64,000 bases of DNA from the human T2T-CHM13v2.0 reference genome, Homo sapiens, in assembly GCF_009914755.1 (NCBI RefSeq), contig NC_060931.1; one strand, 5' to 3'. The position numbers were made by a program, and so were the translations under genes. Positions 45,550 to 59,590 of the stretch are shown one piece after another (within the stretch, counting starts at the first letter, position 1; the number at the start of each line of letters is the position of its first letter). The notes below the pieces were generated by a model that had not been told where the DNA came from, searched no databases, and saw nothing but the letters and a program-made list of their open reading frames with translations.

Positions 45550-45900
45550 TTCATTTATTCTATAAATTTGTATTCTATACCCATTACATGCCGGGCATTG
45601 CTAGGCACCACTAGGCACCTGTAAGACATGCATCAACAAGAAAGACAAAAATCCTTATCTTCATGGAACTTGCATTTTAGCAGGGGAATAAATGATAAAC
45701 AATAATTATAATAGATATATCAACTATACAGTACTATAGAAGACCATAAATGCTCAGATAAAATATAGTGATGGCTAGAGAGATTTTGTAGTACAGAGTA
45801 GGACACAGGTTTCAATTTGAATAGGACAGCTAGGACCTTTTGAACAGTAGGAGTGATAGATATTTGGATTCTAGATATAGACTCCAGAGAGAGTTCATCT
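45550..45900 (-). mobile_element. L2 fragment
   Basis: cattcatttattc...atgccgggcattg.ctagg...aagacaaaaatcctt.tcttcatggaacttgcattttag. Confidence 0.6.
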
Positions 45901-47864
45901 GGATGAATGTGTCAAGCCTTGGCAAACGAGAGAGGCAATCTCTTTCTTTTGAGTTTGTGCAAATATTGAAAACACTAAGCTCCACAGAAAGACCTCTGTG
46001 TCACCCACTCAGCAGTTCATGCAACTTTTCCGTGACATTTTGAGTTCAGATTTTCTTTTTTGTTGTTTTATAGTTATTTTATCAGCCCCTGTGAACAGTT
46101 GCCATTTTAAAAATAAGATTTTTCCAGCTTGAATATAAAGTCCACTATTTTCTCACTTTAAGCATTTGAGGATTATCACATTTGCCAACTCTGAGAATCA
46201 ATTTCTGTTCAACTGTACTTTAAAACCTGTGATACATTCAAATAAATTAATACAAGGTAATTCATATATTAAATTTTCCTTTGCAATTACTCTCTGGAAC
46301 TTGGAGGTCTCATGACAATCTGACTAATAACAAGTCAGGTGCTGAGTGAAGCATGCTATAAAGCTTATGATTCAGTGCACTCAAAGTGATTGTTAATCAA
46401 TTCTGTGACAAAATTAGAAGTTACAGACCATGATCATCTATTCAGAGACTTAAGAGTTCATGGAGGCAGAATTGTTTAGCAAACACACTCTTACCTCCTA
46501 GTTCCCTTGGCAGCTGTAAATCATCAGGGGTGAACTGTCTGCTTACTCTCCAGTTTTATAATATGGATTCAGTGCCCCTGGGATAGAGGTCCAGACAGGT
46601 ACAACCACAGCCTGCTGGGAAGCATCTGTAATCTCTTGTGCAAAACAGCCCAAGTAAACAATTAAATAGAGAAATTATGAAATGTTCATCTTGTTTTCTT
46701 TTACATTTTGGACAAATGCACATCGTTACTCAGCTTCTGTCCAACTAAGTGGAAGTCAGAGACAAACAATAAGTTGCTAGGTGATAGGGAAGTTTGATAA
46801 TAATGGGGATATTTTAATGGAAGAGAGTATTCATTAATGACTAGGCAGAGAGCTGCATTTGCCAAAGACATTGAAGGTAGGACATTGTGTCAATGAAGAA
46901 TTAAGCTCCAAATTGATGTTCTGAGGGCTGAACTCACTACCCCATCCCATCTACCCCACATTGCTCCTGGGATCTTCTCTACCACCTACCTGGGACTGCA
47001 TCCTCATTGTTAAGGACTCTGCTGTAAAAGTATGCCTACACAACAGTAATTCCTTGCTGGGATTTTTATTACTCCTGGCTTAGTATTGTTTCCAAAGTAT
47101 CATAAAGGACCATATTGATGCAATAGTAATTTTGTGGTGCCCCAAATGGTTTTGGATGTCTGATATTTACTATGGAATTTGAAGGTATATATATTGCTCC
47201 AGGGCACAAAGATAGGAAAGAGAACTTATATTTCTTCAATCCTCAGATGCCTTCCTGAATTATGAAAATGCACTGTATTGCACTGCATAAAAGAAAATTG
47301 AGTTAAGAACAAAGTTTAAAAACTTTATAATTCAGTAACAATCCATGCCCATCAAGAGTGAGATAGGAAAGGAAAATGTATGTCCAGTGTCCCTGCTTGA
47401 AGACCTTCTCCTTGGTTAATCACTGATGCTTTATTCAAAGAAAATTATTATATTCCCCAGTAAATGTCAATACCATACCAATAAGTGTCTTCTTCTCTGG
47501 GCAGTCTGAGCACAAGATGCTTGATTGGTACCCACGGTCATACAACTCTCAGGAACAGCATCACAGACCTGGCTAACTTCCTGCCATGAGGTTTCACCTC
47601 AGCATTCCAATTCATCTATCAACCACTAACACTCTATTTGTTCAGCAAGTGTACTTTCAATTTCAATAGTTCCTTCTGCCCATACCTGTCACCATTTAAG
47701 TGCCATTAAAATAAGCAGCAGGCAGAATCCAACACTGTCTACTCCTGTACCTATCACAATTCAGCAGGTAAAGCCTTCTTTACTAAATACCGAGGGAAAT
47801 TCTTCAAATAGGCAGGCCGGCCTGGGTATCAATAAGCAATGTTTTTCTAAAGAAGAGACACGAT

Positions 47865-48100
47865 AGAGCAGTTGGTCAGGAGTCAACCTCAGAAATCAAG
47901 CTGCCTACCTACAAAGCCACGCTCCATAACACATTAGTTTGGGCAAGTCATGGACCTCCTCTCTATTCCCTTGACCGAATGCTGGCGATAAAGTAGTACT
48001 CACGTCATATTCCTGTTGTGGGAATTAAATAAGTCAGTCACTTATAGAATGTTGAAAACTGTGTTTGGCACAAAATATGCACACAATAAATAGTACTTAC
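47865..48100 (+). mobile_element. MIR
   Basis: ttgggcaagtca...acctc core; gttgtgggaattaaat; tggcaca..ata.gcacacaataaat. Confidence 0.6.
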
Positions 48101-51100
48101 TGTATAACCCATTTCCCGTGATATTGCAAAATCCACAGGATAAAGGAATTTTTCTATTTTGCCCAGTGCTATTTCACCAGAACAGAGTGCCTGCCTTATA
48201 TCAGATGTTCAGAAAGTACTTATGGAATGAACAAATACAGTTTTATTATTGACAAGGGCTGATATTTTCACTTATGCAAAACTTTGTTCTAAACAATTCT
48301 GGGATTCAAATATGCAGCGTTCATAATCCCTGTTTCCAGAAAGTTAAGGAGGTATACGGTACTAACAATATAATCCTCCTTTTAAAAACATAACACTCAC
48401 TAAATATAACTTTATTAGGTTATTTTCTAAATGTGTATAAGGGAATAATTTGTTAACAGTTTGAGAGTTACATTTATAAATGAATAACACATTATGCAAA
48501 ATCATATGAAGCAATATATTTATCCCATGGGTATTATGTTTGAAAGTTAGTACAATGTCCTGTTTTAAAAGAGAAGTTAAAAACATGGATATTGATAGGG
48601 ATAGGGTCCCTCTACATAGAAAAAGTTGTTTTGTTGGAATCAAGATCAAATAAGTTTCTGTCAACACATACTGCCCAAAATTTTAAAAACAGAAAGTAAT
48701 CTGGAAATTATGTCAAAGGGAAAGAAATATGGTTGTTTCTGTGATGAGTGTCAGGGATTGTTTATCCTGTTAGATGATGCATCGTATCTGAACAATCTAA
48801 AGTTCTTTAAGGTGTAATCATTAAACCTTAAAGCACTCACTGATTACCCTGTAGCCCACAAGTATTATTAGGCAGTCGATGCTACAGAAGCCCTGGAATC
48901 TAAGAGGGCGGAGACACCACATTTTCAATCTTCATGGCCTGGCAAATTATGGCAAAGAATAAAATTCTCCCCCAGAGAGTATGTTTTTAAAAAACTATGT
49001 AATCTTCACTTTGAATGCATGGCACCTACTAAGTATATGTTTTCTATTAAACTTTAAAAACTGTTATTTTACTCAGTGTGCTAAGAGGGTATCAGGACTG
49101 TATCTTTGCCATATAGTCATTGGTTCTGGGGGAGAAGATGGAGGCTACATCTTAGAAGAGTTGTTACCTCTTACCTAGTCACCTTAGATATTTGCAAGAA
49201 TAATTTCCTTGACATACATGCTTTGTTAGTCTTTTACTATTTTGGGAGGCAAGGTGTATTTCATCAAGTACCTGAATATATCTTTTCTCTCTGTAAGTGT
49301 CAACATTGCTGACTGCTTTGTGGTTGATACTTACAAGCATTGCGCTGGTCACCTTGTTGCCCTCCTGCTGGTCTATACTATGAACTACATTCTACTAACT
49401 CATGGTGTGCTTTCAATCCACTGAGGGATGGGTTCGTTTCTGATCCACTAACAGAGAAGACAATTGCACATATGTCTACATGCAACAGGGAATATTCTAG
49501 ATACTATTAAGAAGACATTTCTGAAATTAATTTATTTACAAATGGCAGTAAGTTCACATTGAGCATGAGCATAAATTCTGTTACAATTTAGAAAAAAAGC
49601 ATGATTATATAAGAGGCTCAAATTATTATTTCCAGTTTTTAGGCATTTGGATGGTGTATTAGAACAGATAACAACTACTCAGGCTTTCCATACTTAACAT
49701 ACAATCAAAGGGTGGTAGGTGTAAATTATGGTAAATATAGTCAGGTATTAGAAATAATCTATAAATTCTTTAAAAATATTTTGTAAAATACCACCTTCCT
49801 TAACCAACTAGTTCACCACATTTTTCTTCAAATGCAACATCATAAATTTTGTGTCAGGAGTTATTAGTGTTGGTATACTTATTTTATAAGGAGTACTTTG
49901 ATATAGTGAAGATTGGGTAATTGATTAAATGCTTTAAAAATGGTATGCTCCCATGAAAGTGATGTATTTATGTAGGCAAAAGAATATACCAGAGAGAAAA
50001 TAATATGTCTGGGGATTGGTATTGGAAGTCTCTATAGCCAGCAATCAGTAATCAAATTATTGCCAAAAACAGGCTAGATAAACTAACTTGGATTAATGTT
50101 GTAAACTATGATTTTTTTTTAATGCTCTTCCAGGGCACACTGCTGATTCTGTAAATAGAATCTTGAAATGTGACAAAATACAGGATTTATAAATGGCAAT
50201 GGTTTGCCTGGGAGACTTCAGCATTTCCAAGGGCTTCCCAGGTACAGTCTGAAGTTATGAACAAGTAATGGCTTAATATCTTAATTGATGAGTCTTCTAG
50301 TCAATTAACAAGGTAATGAAGTAAAACTTGTTTATGTGCAGCCAGTTTCAGAGGTAATATACTATAAACTATAAATACCAAGTAATGAGAATTTTTAACG
50401 TGAACACATTAGGGTACATACATCCAATGGCATGACATTTTCTTCAAGAGTTGTACTGGGAAGTAAAAGATGAACAACTGTAGATGGTCTAAGGTCCCTT
50501 CCAGGGATGTCAACAATGTCCATGTTATAGCCTCTGTTCTGGTGTGTACCCTGGGGTCAGAGTGCTGTGGAGCAGGTATGCTCAGCCTTGAGTATCCTGT
50601 GGATGCTACCACAGCACTGAGCCTTGCATTGGCTAAGTCCATAATGGATGCATGCTCCTGGGCAGGTGAGGAATTCTAGCACGTATCTGGACAATGGGCC
50701 ATGATGGTCAGCTCCAAACCTATGCAGAAAGGACTGGGCCTGGAGAGGACAGTTATGCTATTGTCATCCATATTGTGCTCCTGCTGGTGAAAGATTTTGA
50801 ACCAGGAAGCTTTTCCCTTTCCTGTGATAATGTTACTGATTCCTCTGCTTGTTCTGACTTTGTAGTTTCTTTAACAAAAAAGAGTTTTTACAGATTAACC
50901 CATTAGCTGTCTATGCCACGTTTCCATCCACAAATATAATACTTAGCAGAAGGAAATATTTTTGAAGTATTTCTGTTATTTTCACTGTTTTTCCCCAACT
51001 AATGAAGAAAAGGTAGTGTGAATGGAATAATTAAGAATTGGTTCTGCAGCTCTGCATTTGTTAATATAAAAAATTTTAAGGGGCTGAATTATTCAAGAGC

Positions 51101-51259
51101 AAATTTAACATGGAATTTAGAATCTGAATATGTATTTGTTGAGTAAACTCATGGAAAACATTTATATTACCTATTGAATCAGAAAGGGATGTATAATCTA
51201 CAGGAACTTCTGAGGTATATAATTATAATAACTGCACCCACTAACTTCATAATATAAGT

Positions 51260-51594
51260 CTTTCTTTCTCTTTCTCTCTTTCTTTCTTTTTCTTTCTTTC
51301 TCTTTCTTTTCTTTTTTTCCCTGAGACAGAGTCTTGCTCTGTCACCCAGGCTGGAATGTAGTAGTGCTATCATGGCTCACTGCGGCCTCAAATTCTTGGG
51401 CTCCATTGATCCTCCCACCTCAGCCTGCCAAATAAGTGGGACTGGGATTACAGGCACACACCACCAGCCCTGGTTATTTTTTTGCCTTTTTGGTAGAGAT
51501 GGGGTTTTGCCATCTTGCCTAGGATGGGCAAGCATTCCACCCACCTCTTCCTCCTAAAGTGCTAGAATTACAGGCATGAGCCATGGTGCCTGGC
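51260..51594 (-). mobile_element. AluJ with (CT/T)-rich tail
   Basis: atcatggctcactgc.gcctc.aa.tc.tgggctc AluJ diagnostics. Confidence 0.92.
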
Positions 51595-51914
51595 AAGATT
51601 TTTTTTCTAAAAGTACACGATAAACACTTGTGTTTTCTTTAATGCTATAGCAGATGAATTTTTGGAAGTGGAGAAGTTTAGTATTAAATTACTCAAAGTG
51701 TACCTACTGAAGAGAACATAGACCAACATAAAAAAATGGATGCCGGTATATAAAACGATAAATCTATAAAAGAATAAAACTTATCCAAAAACACATTAAC
51801 TAGTGTACAAATACTGGCATACTTGGGGTTACCCCCCGCCACATGAAATCTGGGGCTTAGACTCCAATTTCTATTGTAACTGCTTCTGTTGATTTTGGCT
51901 GTCCAGAGAACACC

Positions 51915-52034
51915 CACTCTGCCAATACTTTGAGCTCAGACTTTCAGCCTCTAGAATTATGAGAAATAAATTTCTGTTGTTTAAGCCATCCAACTTACAG
52001 TATATTTTAAAAGCAGCCCTAGCCAACTAATACA
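51915..52034 (+). mobile_element. MLT1/MST LTR 3' end
   Basis: gactttcagcctctagaattatgagaaataaatttctgttgtttaagcca...gcagccctagc.aactaataca. Confidence 0.8.
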
Positions 52035-53574
52035 CTTGCCCAACACAATGTTCTTTTAGAACATGTTACCATGTTTTGAAATCAAGCAAGTCTAGAATAA
52101 TAGGAAGACAACAATGACAAAATATTGGTGAAACTAATAATCGAAGCTCAAAACATGTTTTAACTTTTTCTAGTTCTCAATGCCCCATTCAAATCTCACA
52201 TACCTAACTAGCATTTCAAGTTGAATTTCCTAGTTTGGTGACCACCTTCTATGTCATAAACTCAAACCCGGAGAACCATCTGTTTGTTAAACCTTTGTTT
52301 GTTAGAGTTTCTGGAAATGACCTTCTCTTCCTGGTCCTTCACGCTTAGAGATGTGAGTAATGCCAGCAGAGTGTCCTGACCTCTTTAGAGGTCAACTCCA
52401 AACTCTCAAAAAAAGGGCATCCCTTCTTATATCGACTGTTATATTAAAGGTTTGTCTTCTGCTTGAAGTATTGGAAAAAGAGTAGAATCAGGAGGAGATA
52501 TTTCAGAATCAAAAAAGAAGTGTTAATGACTCAGAGGAATAGGAAAAGTATTAGGAATCAGTGAAGTGCAAATAAAATCATTCAGTTCTTACAGTTTATC
52601 AAATTGACACAACATTTAAGAAATAAACACTTCCTGGTTCATGTATGTGTTTCACTCCTCCCCAGTGACAACTTTTGCACATGTCCGTCCCTCTCCCAGG
52701 AAGACTCTGCACCCTGCTCTGCCGTCCCTGCTAGGCTAATGCCCTGTCAACCTTGAAGTCTTACCTTAAGGGAACATCTGCACCTTGCCCATTTCTAGGT
52801 ATGCTTTACATAACCCTTTATATGTTTTCCTATCTCACTTCTCAGAATAGTAGTAAAATGCATAATGGTATAATTACCTTTCTGGCTATTATTCCTCTGA
52901 ATATATTTTTGGGTATTTTGTTAGTGATGGGTCTACATTCACTTTCTCTTTTCCTATGAAGTTAAGTAATTGTGACAGTCTAATGCTTGTGACCTGTTTC
53001 TGATTTAATGGAGAAGTAATTGTCACATTATTACTGAAGTGGTCCATCCTGTCCCTACTGATCTGCAAAGCCCTCTCTGTTATATTTCATGTTTTCTACA
53101 AGAATGAGGCTATTTTTGAATTGTTTCAATGGTCTGTCTACCTATTCCTGCAACTACTCCAAGTTTTCAAATATATAAATTTTAACATATTTAATATCTG
53201 CAAAGGTGATTTTTTCCATATTTACTTCTAGAAAAAGTTTAGTCATTATTTCTTTGCCCCCTACCCCCCTTCAGTGCTTGTGTCCCTTTTTGCAGGAGAT
53301 TTGATAAGTTAGATGTTATATTTTTGTATTCTGCCTTCTATTTCATCTCCTTGTCTCTCTATATTACATTCCAGGTATTTTTCCTCAATGGATGTATATT
53401 CCTGCCCATTGATTTTTCTTATATGTATGTATTCTTGCTTTTTAAAACGTCCATTGAGAATACAATGTCCATTGTCACATTTTCCATTTCTATACATTTT
53501 ATTTGGTGATTTTTTTCACTATTCCTGGGCATCTTTTATTACCTCTTACTTAAAGTTTTCATTCTTTTTTATTT

Positions 53575-53990
53575 ACAAATATATATTTATATGTGTATAT
53601 AAATAAATATATTTATATGTGTATATAAATAAATATATTTATATGTGTATATAAATAAATATATTTATATGTGTATATAAATAAATATATTTATATGTGT
53701 ATATAAATAAATATATTTATATGTGTATATAAATAAATATATTTATATGTGTATATAAATAAATATATTTATATGTGTATATAAATAAATATATATAATA
53801 TATATTTATATGTGTATATAAATAAATATATATAATATATATTTATATGTGTATATAAATAAATATATATAATATATATTTATATGTGTATATAAATAAA
53901 TATATATAATATATATTTATATGTGTATAAATAAATATATATAATATATATTTATATGTGTATATATAAATATATATAATATATATTTTA
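53575..53990. repeat. AT-rich minisatellite: 26-bp unit x ~8, then 37-bp derivative x ~5
   Basis: aaataaatatatttatatgtgtatat repeats perfectly over 53601-53782, then aaataaatatatataatatatatttatatgtgtatat. Confidence 0.95.
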
Positions 53991-54149
53991 TTCTATATTT
54001 TATAATTCCAAAATCAGTGGGCATTAGAAAAGCTGGATTTCGCTGTTTACGATGACTCTCAATATCTGATTTATAATTTCTGTGATTTTAATTGCAAACT
54101 CATAAGCTGTATCATTTTTATGTAGGAATGGTTTAAGAAATGAGTTAAG

Positions 54150-54528
54150 GGCCAGGCACAGTGGCTCATGCCTGTAATCCCAGCACTTTGGGAGGCCGAG
54201 GTGGGCAGATCACGGGGTCAGGAGATAGAGACCATCCTGGCTAACACGGTGAAACACTGTCTCTACTAAAAAATACAAAAAATTAGCCAGGGGTGGTGGC
54301 GGGCGCCTGTAGTCCGCGCTACTCGGAAGGCTGAGGCAGGAGAATGGCGTGAACGCGGGAGGTGGAGCTTGCAGGGAGGCGGAGCTTGCAGGGAGGTGGA
54401 GCTTGCAGGGAGGCGGAACTTGCAGGGAGGCGGAGCTTGCAGGGAGCCGAGATCGGGCCACTGTAATCCAGCCTGAGCGACAGAGGGAGACTCCATCTCA
54501 AAAAAAAAAAACAAAAAAAAAAAAAAAA
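54150..54528 (+). mobile_element. AluY with internal 17-bp tandem amplification
   Basis: ccatcctggctaacacggtg and agaatggcgtgaac; gggagg(c/t)gga(g/a)cttgca x5 at 54357-54441. Confidence 0.93.
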
Positions 54529-55728
54529 GGAAAAGGGTTAAGAAAATTTCTTTTTGTCAGCTAGATTTGGAAAATAATAATTTGGAACTGTTTTCACATT
54601 CAATTGTTTATTTGTTTTGCTTGTTTTTTGTTTGTTTGCTTGTTGAGATCACGCAAGTGTTGTGAATTCCGGCTCCAACCTTGCATAAGGTTGTGGTGTG
54701 GCTTCCCAGTCGAGATTGTTTCCCCTCCTCCACCCAGGGCCAAGGCTGAGATGGGCAGGTTTCCCTGATCCCTCTCTTGGTGGGATTATTACTATTTCTC
54801 TTATTAGTCTTATTTGTATTTCAGTTCTTATCAAAATGGCATCTTTACGTGGGGTCCCAGATACAATATCTGCTCATGTTCATTAAAACTAGAGTGACTC
54901 TATATCATGGTTTACCCTTGATATTCCAGGTTCTATTCAGATTAGCACTTGTTGTAAATTTAAAAAAATAAAATACTGTGTTTTGTTGTTGTTGAATTCA
55001 AGTAAGTTGTTATAGGCTGTTTACCAAGGGAGGCAGTCATGTGCAGTTAGGTGCCACCCATTCCCTCTGCGTATGCCTGAGCACACTTAGGTGTATGAGA
55101 AAGGCCCCAGCGTGTTCTTCTTATAAGAGACATGTTTGCTGGGGCCTGTTCAGTATTCTTCTAGATTAATGTTGCTGATTTTTTATTCTAAGTGTTGCTG
55201 GGCATGTATGAAAGAAAAACAGGGCCTGTTATTGTGCAGTCTCCACTACTATAAAAATATCAGAGTTAAGTGATAACTTTTATACCAGTGTCATCAGTTG
55301 CTTCAAATAGGGAGTCAACTAATTCTAATAATGTTTTCGTTTTTTTCTCAGGTGATTCAAGAAAGCTTTTTGGTGTTTATTCTGTCTAAAGTGAAATAAT
55401 TAATATTATTGTGAATGGTGTTGCAATTATAAATTCAGATAAAAAGTTCTATATATATATATTTTTAAAAACAAATATTTCTTGGTTATTCAAATCATCC
55501 TAAAATAAATGTTTTCCTTATTATATTAAAAAAAACCTCTGGAGCAGAAATGCACTTGAATTGGTTGTTATAATGATACAATTCATTCTGTGTCCAAACC
55601 AGCTACACAATTCTACCAATAAAAATAAAACCTGCAGTTGATATAAATATGTTACACACACACATTTATTGTAGTTCAACTCCACAACTACCAAATGCAT
55701 AATGAAACTTACGTTGTCATATAGATGA

Positions 55729-55730
<2 letters not shown>

Positions 55731-55770
<40 letters not shown>
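55731..55770. repeat. (AGAT)10 tetranucleotide STR
   Basis: Directly visible perfect repeat. Confidence 0.97.
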
Positions 55771-55773
<3 letters not shown>

Positions 55774-55999
55774 GACTTATCTATTCATGTATAGGTGTCT
55801 GCAATGGCATTGGACAGTATTTAATGAGAGTCCTCCAAAATTTAGTTTCATACTATTTAAATTCTATGGGAAAACTGTAGTAACATTATTAAATAACTAA
55901 AAGCCCATATACTTTCAGCTTTAGAAAGGTGTAATTATTGAAAACAAATTCTAAAAAGAGGAAGCACTAAAATTTGCCTGAAATAAGAAAGCAGCAGAA

Positions 56000-56306
<307 letters not shown>

Positions 56307-59300
56307 TCAAATTATATAGCACAAGTGATAGACAAGCATTACTTTTTTTTAAAGAAGACTTTGGAATCTGTAGGAAAAATCTTCTGATAGAATGCTCATA
56401 ATCATTTGTGTTTTGTGGCTAAATATAATTAATTTGAGAGGTCTATAATTTTACAAAATCTAAAAATTTGCTGAATCAGCCAACTGAAAAACAAATAGAT
56501 AACATTTCTGGTAAAGTTTATTGTGAAATAGGAGTATATGTGAAAAATAGGTTTTCTGGAAGGGGATAACCAAATATATCTGTAAAAACATTTGGGCTGA
56601 AATATTTAGACATTTCAATAAGAAAAGCATTTGAATTGACAATGTCCTCCATTTAGTAGCTTTTATTTCCTGAGCTCATGAGTTGTCTCAGCCTTCATAA
56701 AGAAAACACTTTTCCTGTGGGCTAAAGAGGTGAGTCAATAAAGCTGTCAACATTTTCAATTTCGATATATTTTGACATTGTGTCACCATTTATCATAAAT
56801 TGTAACTTTGAAGAGGATTGCAGATATTTTTCCAAAAACAGATTAAAAATAGTGAGAACATGTTTTAAACCTTACAATCTTCAGAAATATATCAGTGGGC
56901 TAGTATCAGAGACACATTTAGCTAAGAAGCTAATCATCATGTATGTTTGCTGAACTAGTTGAGAAAGTTCACCTTGGCCATCAAAGAAAGACAAGCAAAA
57001 ATAAATAGTATGGATGAAACTCATAAGACGTGTTAAATGTAGGCAGTAAATGGAAAATTATATAATAATCCATGAGATGTGTACGTAAATTAAGTGGAAC
57101 GTCAGCGTGTGGAACATAGGAAGGGATGAGAGCACCAAGAGAAAGTGTATTCTTAAGCCACTGAAGGTTGATGAGGACTTGGTGATCACAAGGTCTTAAA
57201 CTGGACAGTCGTTGGTGACGCGACTCTGGGCCAGTGAATACAGATGAGATCCATACCTGCTCAGCAGGTTAAGCAGAGAGCCACAGCTGTGGCCAGCTAT
57301 ATTTGTCCTGCTTCTGCAAAAGAACAAGCCTGTGATGCTCTGCCCATCTTCCGGCTGATCAGCCAGTTTCTCAACCTCAGCTCCAGTTCTTATTGCCACA
57401 ACAGCTGAGGGAAAGACTGCCCCTGCAGCCAGGGCACCAGCACCTCTGAGAACACATGTGCGTTCCCGCACGGAGGCTGTGTGAGCTCCACACCCTTTGC
57501 TCTCTTAGAATGACCCTCCCTAGAATGCACCAGGAGATAAGGCCAAAAGGAGAAAAAGAGAAAGAAGAAAATCAGGGAAAATTGGCTGTTTAGTCAACAG
57601 GCAAATTAACCTGTGAAAGACTAAGATTTAATTTGGAAATGACTAAGTTAGCTTGAAGAAAATTAGCTAGTTTCACTATTGAGAAGTTATAGGAGCTCAT
57701 GAGAAAGTTGAACATAATGATGAAATTATATATATTTCTGCACATTGAGGTTCTGATTGTGAGTTCCAGTCCTACTCTGTTTGTGTGTATTTGTGGGTAA
57801 TCATACAAAAATTACTAACACTTTTGTCTGGTTGTGATATTTCAGGTAAATTTTACTTTGTATTTGATATCTTTATCCATATATAAATTAACCACAATGT
57901 AAATGCATGGAATTTGAAGCTTCACTTTGTATACTCTTTGTAATATTTAGCTTTTTAAATAAATTATATTGTTAAAGATAAAAATTAGAGAAAAACTCTG
58001 TCCCAATGTGGTGTATTAAAGCCAACAGAAGTAGCACACTTGATCAATTTTGCTGGAACATGAAAGACTTTCTTAATCAAAATCTATTAAGTCACAATTT
58101 GATCTGTTTCTGGATGACTTCTGTTGCTTTACTTTGTTGTTTCCTGGCTTTTCTTCTCCTTGCTTGTCTTTTCAATTTGGTGACCTATTTAACAGAGAGT
58201 CCTATAGAAAAGCTCTGAATGAAATTCTTAATCATATATAGGATGTGTCTGGCAGGTGCCAGACGCAGCCACCAATACACAGAGACAAGCCAGATTCAGA
58301 AATCATCAGACAAATGAAGATGGCCCCATTAAGGCAGAGGTCAAGGTTGAACGTGCCTGGACAGCAGCAGTCCCTGCCATCCTGCACTTCCTGGGATGCT
58401 TCTCTGAGGGGGGTCTGGTGGCCACTTCAAAATTCTTTCAAAGTTTTTTTTTTGTTTGTTTCCCCCTGGAACAGTCTTTGTAAAAAATAATTGTTTAATT
58501 TTTAATTAATTATTATTTCTTTTATAGTTATGCTTGCTGAGCTACAATGACACTCATCTCAAATTCATTTGGTGTAATGGAGAGGGAAATCACTGCCCAG
58601 CAATTTGTCAGTGGCTTTGATGCTTTTCATATTTGTATCTTAACATTTGCTGGATCCAGATGAATAGATGTCTTTAGTCCTCTCAAAAGAAATAACAGTG
58701 TCAACCTCACACTTGTTTTATGATGGAAAATCTTTGCCATCATAGTTTTCACATGAAAGATATATTTGCCACTTCCCAAATGTCAAGTCTAATAGAAAGG
58801 GGATATAAATGATATATTTCCTTATAGCCATCAACCCTTTAAGGTTATGACATGATGTGACATACCTATTTGTCATGATAAAGTAAGCACTTTTACTGAT
58901 GTCTTGAATTCTTTAGTGTTTTCAAGTACTGTACATAGTCTGAGTTTATTCAGAAGTGTACAAATTTTTATAGCATGTATCATGTCAGGCCTCATTTATA
59001 GTTACCAGGGATACATTAAATATTAACTATTTTGCTATAACTATTATTAAATACTTATGAATTAAATATTCCTCTATTAGGCAAGATATGTCTGATCTTT
59101 ATATTTTTAAGTAAAAATAAAAATAGAATTTCAAAAATAGCAAAAGGCATAAGATATAATCTAATAGAGGGCCTACAATGGCAATGACATTAAAGTAAAT
59201 ATAGTTACCAAAAATTTTGTTTTTATGTAATTCAATTGCGTATAAAACACAGTGCCAATTTTAGAAATAAGCAAAAGTATAAATTAATTGAGCAATAAAT

Positions 59301-59459
59301 ATCAACAAAATTAAAATACCAAATATACAAATTTCATGATGGTGTCAGTGGTTTGCTATGAAATGAATATTTGAAAGAAATTCAAGTTATGACACCCTCT
59401 GTTTACTTTTTCTATTTTTTTCTCTATTTTATTTTCTTCATCCATAAAATAAACTAATA

Positions 59460-59590
59460 TCTGGGCATGGTGGTATGCACCTATAGTCCCAGCTACCTAG
59501 AAGGCTGAGGCAAGAAGATCACTTGGGCCCAGAAGTTCCAGTCCAGCCTGGGCAATGTAGTAAGACCCTGTCTCTAATAAAAATATTTTT
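59460..59590 (+). mobile_element. Monomeric Alu (FLAM-type)
   Basis: Single arm ending cctgggcaat.tag.aagaccctgtctct and an A-rich tail. Confidence 0.85.

Noticed and set aside
53575-54441. Tandem arrays as CRISPR-like repeats
   Set aside because: Head-to-tail units without unique spacers, in eukaryotic DNA with no cas genes.
58244-58267. Palindrome tgtgtctggca-gg-tgccagacgca (10/11 arms) with a central CAGGTG
   Set aside because: About one such match is expected by chance in 64 kb; the spacing does not fit a canonical NFI site.
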